A stretch of 61,349 bases of DNA, the filler included, from Sphacelaria rigidula (Eukaryota): assembly GCA_964200075.2 (NCBI GenBank). It is 10 parts of 10 records of this genome, joined end to end, with 100 filler letters (N's around TTAATTAATTAA, not from the genome) between each part and the next. Parts side by side here need not be neighbours in the genome. Positions count along the whole stretch, not along the records: positions 1 to 6,046 come from CAXNAA020022598.1; positions 6,147 to 12,191 come from CAXNAA020022599.1; 8 more parts are not named here. One strand, 5' to 3'. A program made the position numbers and the translations under genes. Below are positions 1 to 9,738 of this stretch, in pieces (position 1 is the first letter of the stretch; each line of letters opens with the position of its first letter). The notes under the pieces were generated by a model. It saw only the letters and a list, made by a program, of their open reading frames with translations. It was not told where the DNA came from and ran no database searches.

Positions 1-39
1 CCCCCCCATCCTGAGGACACCCCCCCCCCCCCCCACCGT

Positions 40-1769
40 AGGCTCTTAGGTACTTCAGAACTTTCATCACAGCTTCCCAGTGCATCTCGCATGGGTCATG
101 CGGCTGGCGAGGAAGCGCTCGTACCAAATTCGCGATGTCGGGTCTGGTGACTGTTGCCAGCCACATCAACCCCCCCACTGCGTTACGGTATGGGCGATTC
201 ACCTTTTTGTCTTCGACCGTTGTCGGCCCCAACTTTACAGAAACAGAGGCAAGGATTTCCGAGTACCCCCTCACCTCAAAACGCTTCAGGAGCGTGTCCG
301 TGAACGTGGTTTGCGTCACAGACAGGGTGCCTTTATCCCAGTCTCTGTCCACTGCGTACCCCATGTACCAGGTGAGCTCTCCGAGGTTGTTCGTGGGGAA
401 CTTTTTGTTCAGGATTTGGCCCACCTTTCCTTCGTATTCCTCAGAATCGCTGATAAGGACGTCGTCAACATGGACAACTAAAATCGCACGCACGTCTCCT
501 GCATCCTCCATCTTGAAAACACATGGGTCAGCCTCACACTGCACCATCCCGACATCCTCCAGCAAAGTTTGGCACAGAAGACGAGACCACTGCCTGCCCG
601 CTTGCTTGATCCCGTAAAAAGATTTTTCCAGCTTCACGGTCACGTCTGTCAAAACGGAGCAGCCTTTAGGCAACCTCATGTACACTTCAGTATCCATTTC
701 CGCTTGAACAAAAGCCTGTGTCACGTCAAAATGGTACAGCGGCCACTCTTCCTGAACTGCCACTGCCATGACCAGTTTGATGGAGGCCATGGAAGGCGTT
801 GCCGCGAAAGTCTCGAAATAGTCGACTGCAAAACGTTGTCCAAAACCTCGCGCTACCAACCTTGCCTTTGCTTTCGTTACAGTACCATCTGCGTCGGTCT
901 TCCAACTAAAAACCCACTTCGCTGAAATCACGTTTGGTGCTTCCGGTACAGGGCCAGTCGAAAATGTTCCAGCCTTTTCGTGACCTCCTAGCTCGGCCTG
1001 CATCGCGCCTAACCATGCCTCTCGAAAATTCTGACTTGGTAATGTCATCCATACTGGTTGGTGCTGCCTCTATTTCGCTTACGTGTAGGCCAACCGGTGA
1101 ACGCAAACCGAATTTAGGCTGCCCTACCCTCTTTTTCTCAGCAACAAAACAAAAAAAACCGTTTTCAGCTAACTCGTGTTGAGTCGAAGCGATTGCGTCT
1201 TGTCCGGCCACCTGTCCTGCTACCGCGGTGATCATCTCCATGGTTGAGCATTTGTTCAGCTTGTCCGGCGTCTGGATCGCTTGCTGTAGTATGCGGGGAA
1301 GGGTAGCGGACGTACGTGCCCATGTTACATGTCTTGTCACGGAGATATTTCCTTGTACAGTCAGAACTCGCATCGCGTCACGTGGGTAGCCCTCGGCTGG
1401 GCTCAAGTACCAGCATTTTTCGGCCTTCGGCTGTAATTTATTTGTCCGCTTCCTCCTACAAAAACCAGGCTTCAAGAACGGAATGAGATCACCTTCCGGT
1501 GGCGATCCATACCACATCTCATGCGGTGATTTGTGATGCGGGTTAGTCGAGGTAGCGGTACAGTTCAGGGCGTGACACGCCCAGTTTGCCTGTTCAGCCC
1601 ACAGGCTGTCACCATTTGGGATGCGCTCATCTGGGTACAGCTCAGACGCTTGGATTCTGGCCGCAAGGTCTGCTGTTTCGATGATACCTAACGCTCGCTC
1701 TGCAACACCGTTGAACTGGGGTGAGTCGGCAGTTGTCTTCTCCTGCTTGATCTTTTCCCTGTCGCACAG
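40..1769 (-). mobile_element. Ty1/copia retrotransposon pol, downstream part (integrase C-terminal half, SH3-like region, reverse transcriptase), degenerate
   Basis: Minus-strand translation gives LCDREKIKQEKTTADSPQFNGVAER (integrase), KLQPKAEKCWYL (SH3-like), KARLVARGF (~840-870), VHVDDV (~458-475) and VTRPDI (~135-150); integrase precedes RT as in copia. Confidence 0.93.
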
Positions 1770-3590
1770 TTATGGGTAGGAATGGAGGCCGATTTGGGCT
1801 ACTATGTTCATGGAAAATGCAAGCTGAACGCTACATGCGTCAGAAGTGGTCCGTAATCCAATTAATCGTATCAATGGAAAATACACGCGTCACCTACACA
1901 TGACGATTTGGCTAAAAAGAATGAACTATATTTCTAGTACACTTATTCAAGCCTGGGAGTGGTCGGTGTTAAGGTGATTTTGTTCCTCCGGAAAGCTCGC
2001 TCCACATCAGTAGTAGATGGACAATCTTGTTGCACTAGCTTATAGCGTCCTTCCTCTGTCTGTACCAGTCGGGAAGCACACGCCCGCGAGCTGCCACACC
2101 ACGTTTACCGTCATTGCGAGATAACAAAAAAAGAGCACGAACAGCAGCTGTTGTGGCCGCTACACACCAACATAACTGCAGTGAAACGCGTGCCTGACGC
2201 CTGACATGGTGCTAGAACGAGAAAGTACGGTAATTTGGAGATCATGAGCAGCAGCGTCGCGCATCAGAAAGCTACTGAGAACGATGCTGATGATGTTGAC
2301 GATCAAGAGGTTCATGCTATGCAGATTGGCTACGCGCTGCATGTCCTACACACAGCTATGACTGCGGGATTGGAAAGTGAATTTCTCATGGGCCCCATGG
2401 GTCAGGTCATGGCATGAGTGGAAGGAATCCCATCTTGTCAGTAGCTTGGGCACGGTCTGGTTCTCTCTGTCCAGATCAACCAACATCTTCAATGTCATTT
2501 TCTCGCTATTTTCAGTATGTACGAATATGTGTATAGGCAGTCACTTGAAACATCGTGACTTCGCCGACCTAGGCATACAAACTACATGAAGGGTACTCGC
2601 TGTTGAAAGACGAAGCTGCCCTGCATGCACAGCCGTACAGAACAAAGCAGCAGCACCTGGTGGCATGCCACAAAGTGAAAAACGAAGCTTCTCAAACATT
2701 GCATAGTTTGAATCTCATTCTGATACTATTAATATAATAGTATATACAAAGAGTTACTAAATGCATGACCGCGGTCACCAGCAGATGTAACGCACATACT
2801 CGTACTTATGTCACTCTCGACACCTTGGCTTCTGCACTGGAGCCCTGACATGAAGCAGCCGTCAGCTTTGTCATTGTTCTGTCAACTCTCCCTCTGTAAT
2901 CCGACGCTTCAATGGATACTCGCCGTTGAAAGGCGAATTTGCCCTTTGTGCACAGCCGCTCAGAACAAAGCATCGCCTGGGGGCACGCAACTCAAGTGCA
3001 TGTTGTCACAACTTGCTTGCAGGAGGAAAAGTAGGATGCGCACCGATTTTTTTCAATTTACCATCTTCGACCTCGAAAGACGCTACTGATCCTCAACCCG
3101 AAAGTGCCGATCGCGCACCGCTTACAACTCGGCAACGGAGCAAGGGATTAGACTGCGGTTTCTTGGGTGCGCTTCCCACATACCCAAGCTATGTCGCAAC
3201 GTTTAGTTGTTGCGTTTGCGCGTAATGCTGACTCGCAAATGACCTAAATATACTAAAATAAGGTGTTTTCTGCTCTGGGAGGGGGTTTTCGTGCCGCTGA
3301 CGCGACGCCAGCGAAATGCCAATTGTGAGCCCCTAGATCCTGTGTGTATGCGGGGGGCTGTCAAGTACCGTGGACCGGCTTGTGTCCTGTGTCGAGAACC
3401 GCACGATCTCCAGTGCTACAGCTTTCCCATACTACACCAAGTGAATGAGTGATGGAGTGGGTGTTCTGTTCGTGAGGGCCTCGGCACAGGTCCGACCACC
3501 TACTGACGTGTTCATTATTCCTCCGCGTTATTTCTTATTTTGAATCTTGTGCCGATTTTTGGTCGTTAGGGCCCCCATTCCTACCCATAA
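1770..3590. mobile_element. Non-autonomous TIR DNA transposon (1821 bp), 3-bp TSD CAG, possibly PIF/Harbinger-like
   Basis: 21-bp TIRs TTATGGGTAGGAATGG(A/G)GGCC with one mismatch at 1770-1790 and 3570-3590; CAG at 1767-1769 and 3591-3593; excision restores the copia integrase reading ...AFGELCDRE... Confidence 0.88.
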
Positions 3591-4880
3591 CAGCTCACCA
3601 AATGCACCCTCCGAGAATTCACCCCCGTCATCGCTACGGACTATCTCAATCGTTCTCGGAGAGACCCATGCGATGTATTTCGCGAAGTATCTCTCTGCCT
3701 CATCCTCTTCCGGAGGAAATACAGCTTTGTGTGCTGTGAGTGATCATCTCGGACTATCATCGTGTACGACTTTTCCCCGTTAGACTTGACTGGTTTCGGG
3801 CCGGAAAGACCTACGTACACCGTAGACGCTGACTTAGCTGCTCTCGCGTGCGTCGATCTTGGAATCGGTGCCCGCAGTCCCTTTGCCTCTGAGCATCCAC
3901 GGCAGGGCTGCAGCTCCCCAGCCAGCTGCTTCCCCTGCTGCTTCGCAGTCTTCCTCAGTAAATCCTCGTGGACGTGGGTGTGGGAACAGTGAAATTCGTT
4001 GATGTCAACGGTCTGGGGGCTAGGCGGGGCCCCCGGGGCAATAGCAGCATATGCCGAAGCACACTTGTCACTACCACTTTGGTCGAGGCGGCGGACGTAC
4101 ATTCTGAGTTGACGTGGTTGTCCGGGTATTATCAATGTATTGCCTCACTTGAGATCTACCCTGAAACCTGTACGAAAACCAGTGTAGGTGTGTCCCATGT
4201 GTTGGACCCTCGTGAGTGACAAGAGGTGATGACGGACACCAGGTACATGGTCAACATCCACTAGTTTTAGGATTACATCCTGTCCGTCAGATTTGAAGAC
4301 AAGAGACGAATTTCCTCTGCCTACGATCGGATAAATACTACCTCCCGCGCACCGTAGTACCCTACCCTTGCACTCTCTGTACTCCGTCATCCCATGGGAA
4401 TCGTGGGAGAAATGCTGGGTAGCCCCCGTGTCAAATACCCACGGTTAGCCCCCACCCTGCTGACTATCACCCCCCCGCTCAATACTCAATGCATACTCGC
4501 CTGTGTCGCCGTTGATGATGGTGTCGAGAGAGGTGAAAGCCTCCCCATCCGCCACCGAACAGACGGAGGAGCTGTCGCTGTCGTCGGCCGCGCCCATCGC
4601 CATCACCGCGTCTTCTTTCTTCTCTGTCGATCTCGGACAGTCCCAGAACGTGTGCCCCTGCTGACCGCACCTCCCGCAGTATCTCTTCGGGCAGTTCCTG
4701 GCCCGATGCGCCGTGTCTTCGTCGCAAACGTGGCAGCAGAGCAGCTGCCTCGTCGCCGGTTTACCGTCCGACGATGCCGACCCAGAGCTACTCGAACTCT
4801 GGCTCCCGCCGTTTTTCTGACCAGAGCCCTGGGATTTTCCCGGTTTCCCCTTGCGGTGAGCACCGCTTGGTTTTCCGGTC
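3591..4880 (-). mobile_element. Ty1/copia retrotransposon, upstream part (gag zinc knuckles, protease, GAG-pre-integrase, integrase N-terminal half), same element as 40-1769
   Basis: CGRCGQQGHTFWDC CCHC knuckle, WVFDTGATQH protease motif (~4410-4440), H..H..CRGC zinc motif, IVRDDHS and VRSDDGGEF integrase motifs; stops and frameshifts present. Confidence 0.92.
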
Positions 4881-6046
4881 CCACCGAGATGATAGCAGTG
4901 ATCCGCCAATTCCACGATGGCATGAGGGCCCGCGTACGCATGGACAATGGGGAACTCTCAGAGTGGTTCGAAGTTACCCAAGGCCTATGGCAAGGCTGTG
5001 TGCTGTCCCCGCTGTTGTTAAATATATTTTTCGCTGCGGCGCTCGATGTAGTTCTCGTGCGATTCAGCGAGGACGACATAGCCCTCGAGGACATGGTATA
5101 CCTCGACGAGGAAACGGTGAGGGAGACGGAGACACCTCTAGAACGCGCACGGCGAGCGGTATGGGGAATGCTTTACGCGGATGACGCGGCCGTCGTCTCG
5201 AGGTCACCTAAAGGCTTGGCGAGAATGATTAGTGTTATAGTGCAAGTGTTTGGGGGCTTCGGACTGACGGTCTCGGGAAAGAAGACAGAGACGCTTCTGA
5301 TGCGCGTACCCGCGGAACCACCACAGAAAGGGGAGCTACCACCACCATCCCCACCCCCACTGGTCATCGAAGCAGCGGGCCAGACATACGCACAAACCAC
5401 GCAGTTCCGATACTTGGGCGGGCTAGTCACCGAAGATGGCGAGCTCACACAAGAGATCAACAACCGGAGCAGAGCCGCGTGGGCATGCATCAGAAGATTT
5501 TCCCGAGAACTCTTCGACCGACCGAAGGCACCGTGGGAACTCAAGGTCCGCCTACTGAAGGCAGAGGCGATGGAGGCCCTACTGTACGGATGCATGACAT
5601 GGGCCCCACGCCGCGAACACTACCGGTTACTGAGGACGATAGACCACCGTCTCCTGTTGCGGGTTATCGGTTACCACCGAGTGCGTGGCACATACCGGCA
5701 GTTATCGTACGCCCAGGTCCTCAAGAAGACCGGCTGCCGAAGTGCTGAAGCCATCGTTTGGCAACGGTGACTGCTGTTCGCAGGAGCCCTGGCTAGACAA
5801 CAGGCCGGACGACTACCGAAGCGATTGGCATTCGGAACACTAGCGGGAGGGGAGGATCCAGGACCGGGGTGCCCCGAGCAAAACTGGTTGAAGTGCCTGC
5901 GGGATGATTTCCAAGCCTTCGGAGCCACGAACGGCTCCACGGACGACAAGCGATTGACGTTCGGAGTTGAAAGTGCACTCTGGCCTTCTGCAGCAAAGAA
6001 AGAAGGGGGGATACCATGGCACGCGGGGGTATTACAGGGAGCGGAG
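4880..6046 (+). mobile_element. 5'-truncated RTE-like LINE reverse transcriptase, one premature stop, runs off contig end
   Basis: MIAVIRQFHDGMRARV, QGLWQGCVLSPLL, LYADD (~5171-5185), FRYLG, LLYGCMTW; TGA at 5768-5770 followed in frame by LLFAG...RLPKRL. Confidence 0.93.
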
Positions 6047-6146
6047 NNNNNNNNNNNNNNNNNNNNNNNNNNNNNNNNNNNNNNNNNNNNTTAATTAATT
6101 AANNNNNNNNNNNNNNNNNNNNNNNNNNNNNNNNNNNNNNNNNNNN
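6047..6146. other. Artificial contig linker (N44-TTAATTAATTAA-N44); same linker at 12192-12291, 18337-18436, 24482-24581, 30627-30726, 36772-36871, 42917-43016, 49062-49161, 55206-55305
   Basis: Identical 100-bp spacer with stops in all six frames, recurring every 6144-6145 bp. Confidence 0.97.
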
Positions 6147-6269
6147 CCCCAGAAAAACTCAGAAAAAAGGACGACTACGAATTCTGAAAACTTCTGACGC
6201 TGACTACTATATCGCCTGACATACCCCTGAGCCCCTCTTATATATGGAATCAAACAACCCCCTCTTATC

Positions 6270-6410
6270 GTGGCCGAACAATCCTACCTAGCAGGATACA
6301 GCTCACCCTTTATGCGACTCGCTGCACTCATCACGGCGCTCCGCGCTAGGTGATTGACTGCGAGCCTGGTCCGGCGAAAATCCGGCGTGCTCCACCCCGG
6401 CATCGTTGGG
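6270..6410 (+). mobile_element. Partial copy of ~390-bp SINE-like family A
   Basis: Matches the internal part of copies at 8545-8935, 20365-20670 and 27345-27745 (GCTCACCCTTTATGCGACTCG...CATCACGGCGCTCCGCGC). Confidence 0.75.
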
Positions 6411-6543
6411 GTGCTAGATCAATCGTCATATAACTTGATGGTCGGTAGTCCCAGGCCTTGGGGAGGCCTCCTTATCCTGATTTACTACCCTTTCCAACGT
6501 GCCCCACTTTCTGCCAAGAAACTCCGGTATCCTTCACAGTAAC

Positions 6544-6970
6544 AACACAGGGTTTAACAAATTGGGGATGGACCTTTCATTGGAGATGAAAACCCGGGGG
6601 ATTAAAATCTTCGTATCCACACCAAATCTTCGAAACATGGTTCCATTCCTTCACTTGCTGGCAGCTATTGACAACTACTACACGCCACACAAATTTAGAT
6701 TTCGACAACCGAAATGTCGGGGTCATACGTGAAAAACTAATTTTTGCGCCCGATCGGACACCTGAAATCCCCCGAAATTTGTTCTTCACCTAGGACCCCG
6801 ACATTTCGGTCATCGAATCCAAATTTGTATGGCGTGTAGTAGTCAATAGCTACCAGTAAGTGAAGAAATGGAACCATGTTTCGAAGATTTGGTGTGGATA
6901 CGAAGATTTTAATTCCTCGGGTTTTTATCCCCAAAAAAAGACCCATCCCCAATTTGTAAAATCCCGTGTT
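6544..6970. mobile_element. Foldback/MITE element with ~200-bp imperfect inverted arms
   Basis: Left arm 6544-~6745 is the reverse complement of ~6775-6970; the ORF track shows the same peptide (KTRGIKIFVSTPNLRNMVPFLHLL) on both strands. Confidence 0.9.
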
Positions 6971-7122
6971 TAAAGCTCGGCACCCCCGAGTTGCCTGGCG
7001 GAATGGCCAACGACATCTCTACCGCTATATAACTAAACGGCGGCTCAACGATACTTTGACGCCAGCTTTACGATGTGGGTAGGGAATGCGCGGGAAGGTT
7101 CATCATAGTTGTGGTGAGTAGT

Positions 7123-7205
7123 TTGATTGATTGATTTTATTGATTGTCGCACTTTAACTGACCCCCCAGGGGTCCAGCGGTGATCTCATGATAGACGTAC
7201 CCAAG
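7123..7205 (-). mobile_element. Short non-LTR retroelement 3' end with (AATC)n tail
   Basis: GGGTACGTCTATCATGAGA...GGGGGGTCAGTTAAAGTGCG followed by (AATC)n on the minus strand; further copies at 28775-28852 and 59481-59566. Confidence 0.7.
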
Positions 7206-7814
7206 AAAAACAAAAAAAGTAGTGGGCGATAAAAATCTCGAAATTCCAAGAAAAAGCGGACAATTCTAAAACTTTTCATCGAAGTATTCCCAAAATATGG
7301 GCAATTTCGTCCTGGGAATTCTCAGCAGCTATGACTTCACTTTCTATCTCCGTCTGAGCACACCATAAAATTCATACTTTCAACGAATCTAACTTAGCAT
7401 AATCGTCAGCACCTCCGTTGAGGAGACATGAACTGCACCTCATAACCGACTTCAATCGTGGGACAAGAGGAAGTAGTGCCATGTTCACCTCTCATTAAAT
7501 CGATGCACAACCCAACTATAATAGCAACACCCACCAAGCCCGCAGCATTTTCACCAAACGGACGAAAAATCACGGAAATATTGGAACACTAATTTACAGC
7601 ATCACCACAGATGCACTTGTCTGCTTCACGGCCTTCCACTCTCTACCACATAATACGTGATGTCTCTAGGGATGTGTGCATACGCCCCAAATGCTCCGCG
7701 GATCCCTTCTTGCTTGAGCCAAACAAAGTGAAAATCATCGGAGATTTCAAGACCGCAAGTGCACACAACATGCATGCAGGAAAAAGCACACACTGAAGAA
7801 AGAAAAAAAAGTCA

Positions 7815-8068
7815 CTCAACGATGCGTACGAGTGAGTAGCTCTGCCGTGTACACAAGGAAAAGCCCTAGGGTCGACCCAAGTTCATAAAAGTAGAACGGT
7901 GCGTGCACTGCGCCAAGTTGACAAAGAGTTTTTTTCTATGGGCTGGACCCCCACACACTCGCCTCGAGCAAAGCTTCCGAATGCTCAAGGCGCCTACCCC
8001 ACATGACTACCGCGAGGCGGTCTAGCCGAGGCTCCTTCGGGCAATCGGCACACGAACCCGCTTGCAGG
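7815..8068 (-). repeat. Interspersed repeat family B
   Basis: Clear nucleotide similarity to 41220-41405 (+); the ORF track shows the related pseudo-peptides RLDRLAVV(M/T)WGR...SEALL in both. Confidence 0.8.
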
Positions 8069-8544
8069 GTAAAAAAAAAAAAAACTCGGCCATGACTGCT
8101 GTACCTAGCAGACACGAGATTGGAGGAAAACGGCAAGGACTACAGTACAGAGATGTGGATAGTCAATCTTCGAGGTTCCATCCAGAGTGCCCCGGTAGGG
8201 GTGCACTTTTTTTACGCCAATCATTGTCTGAGGTTGCACACTTGGTCCCAGATGATTCTCATCAAGGGAGGAAGGAGCTCCTGAAGTGAGGAGCCTCAGA
8301 AAAAACATTGTGCGCCCCTGCCGTGACGCCACTCTCCATACCCGCTCGGTTTCGCCTCTTCTATAAGTTAGGCGCCGCTTGCTCGTCAAAACAAACTCGG
8401 CCAGCAGCATCGTGGCATCCGGAGGTGGCTACGTCCAGTAACTGCGCCGCCGTAGAAGAGAGACGCTCCAACGTCTCATCTGTCCTCGTAGAGATGCCGT
8501 TCACCTTAGGGGTGGGAAGGGGTAGGAGGGGGGTGGGGGGGAAG

Positions 8545-8935
8545 GGTAGTCATCTTGCATGCCGTAGTCGTATGACCATTGACCTCGCATCCCTACAAAG
8601 CCGGGACGAAGCAGGCCGGGCTTTCGCCAGACCAGCCTCATGATCGATCACCAAGCGCGAAGCACCGTGATGTGTTCGGCGAGTCGCATGAAGGGTGAGC
8701 TGCATCCTGCTGAGATTGTTCGGCCTCTGAAGCGTACTGATTAGCTTGCATCTGGATGACAGCCGCTCATGAGTTGCTTCACTTCCTGGCACCGCCACTT
8801 CCAGAGACAGCCAAGGCTCATACACTGCCTCATGGGTGTCTCACCACTCAAACACCACGTAGTATGATCATCCCCTTTGCGCGGAATTGAGGTTCTCCCA
8901 CCCCGCACAATATGATCTAGCTCGACCACCATCAT
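8545..8935 (-). mobile_element. Near full-length SINE-like family A copy with LINE-like 3' tail
   Basis: Aligns by eye along its length with 27345-27745; its 3' ~65 nt match the LINE tail at 18437-18505. Confidence 0.8.
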
Positions 8936-9482
8936 GACGCTCACAAAAAAAAACGGTACTCTGCTGGTTGCCTAGCTTACGCAGTGAGTGGTGTGTTCAA
9001 CAGCCTCATTGCCAACCGACGCCAACCCCGTAGGAGGGATCAATCGAGTCTTCTCAGTTGTCATATGACTTGACAAGCCTTCTTTTTGTTTCTTCTGAAC
9101 AACCACCGTCTGCCACGTGACCACAGTAACATAACAATGTAGACCGCGAGACGTCGTAGAAGCGGTCCTGCCCATGCTACGGGAACAATTTTCATTGACA
9201 CACGAAAAACACGGGAGACGATAGTGATCGGCGCACAACGTTCCATAGGTCGAACGGATCATCGATGGTTCCAATCACCAAATCTACAATTTTGTATGGC
9301 CTGACTGCTCATAAAAGAGGAGAAAAAAAGTTGACTGCGAGTCAGAAACGTCTCTACGCAATTTAGCGCTATTCCACGTGTTTGGGGTTCGCGTACCTTA
9401 ACCTGGGGTGCCATGCTGAGAGCAAAGCCCAACGGTTGGTTGACTAGTAGGGTGGGAAAGTAATCACACTAAAAGCAAGGAA

Positions 9483-9738
9483 GAGCAATGCTACGGTAGG
9501 GGTGCACTTTTTTCGCGAAATTTTGTCTGGTTCAGGGGCTCCTAACGGTTCTAGACGCACAAGAATATGGGTCAGGGCATCCCAGTTTGCAGATTTATTC
9601 GGGATATCGCCAGCACATTGGAATAATAATCCTGGCGTACTCTCAAATATTTCATAGGTCGTGTTTTGGATGAGATCAAGGGCTCCTAACATTTCCAACC
9701 TCAGAAAATATTTGTGTACCCCTACCGTAGCATCACTC
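9483..9738. mobile_element. MITE, 256 bp, 25-bp TIRs with GAG...CTC termini
   Basis: GAGCAATGCTACGGTAGGGGTGCAC / GTGTACCCCTACCGTAGCATCACTC; second full copy at 25609-25873, single end at ~46648-46675. Confidence 0.88.

Noticed and set aside
3345..3592. Apparent polypurine tract plus TG...CA solo LTR
   Set aside because: The CA end is the TSD of the TIR element, and the stretch lies inside that element.
6091..6102. Regularly spaced TTAATTAATTAA motif as a biological periodic signal
   Set aside because: Embedded in Ns at fixed 100-bp length; an assembly linker.
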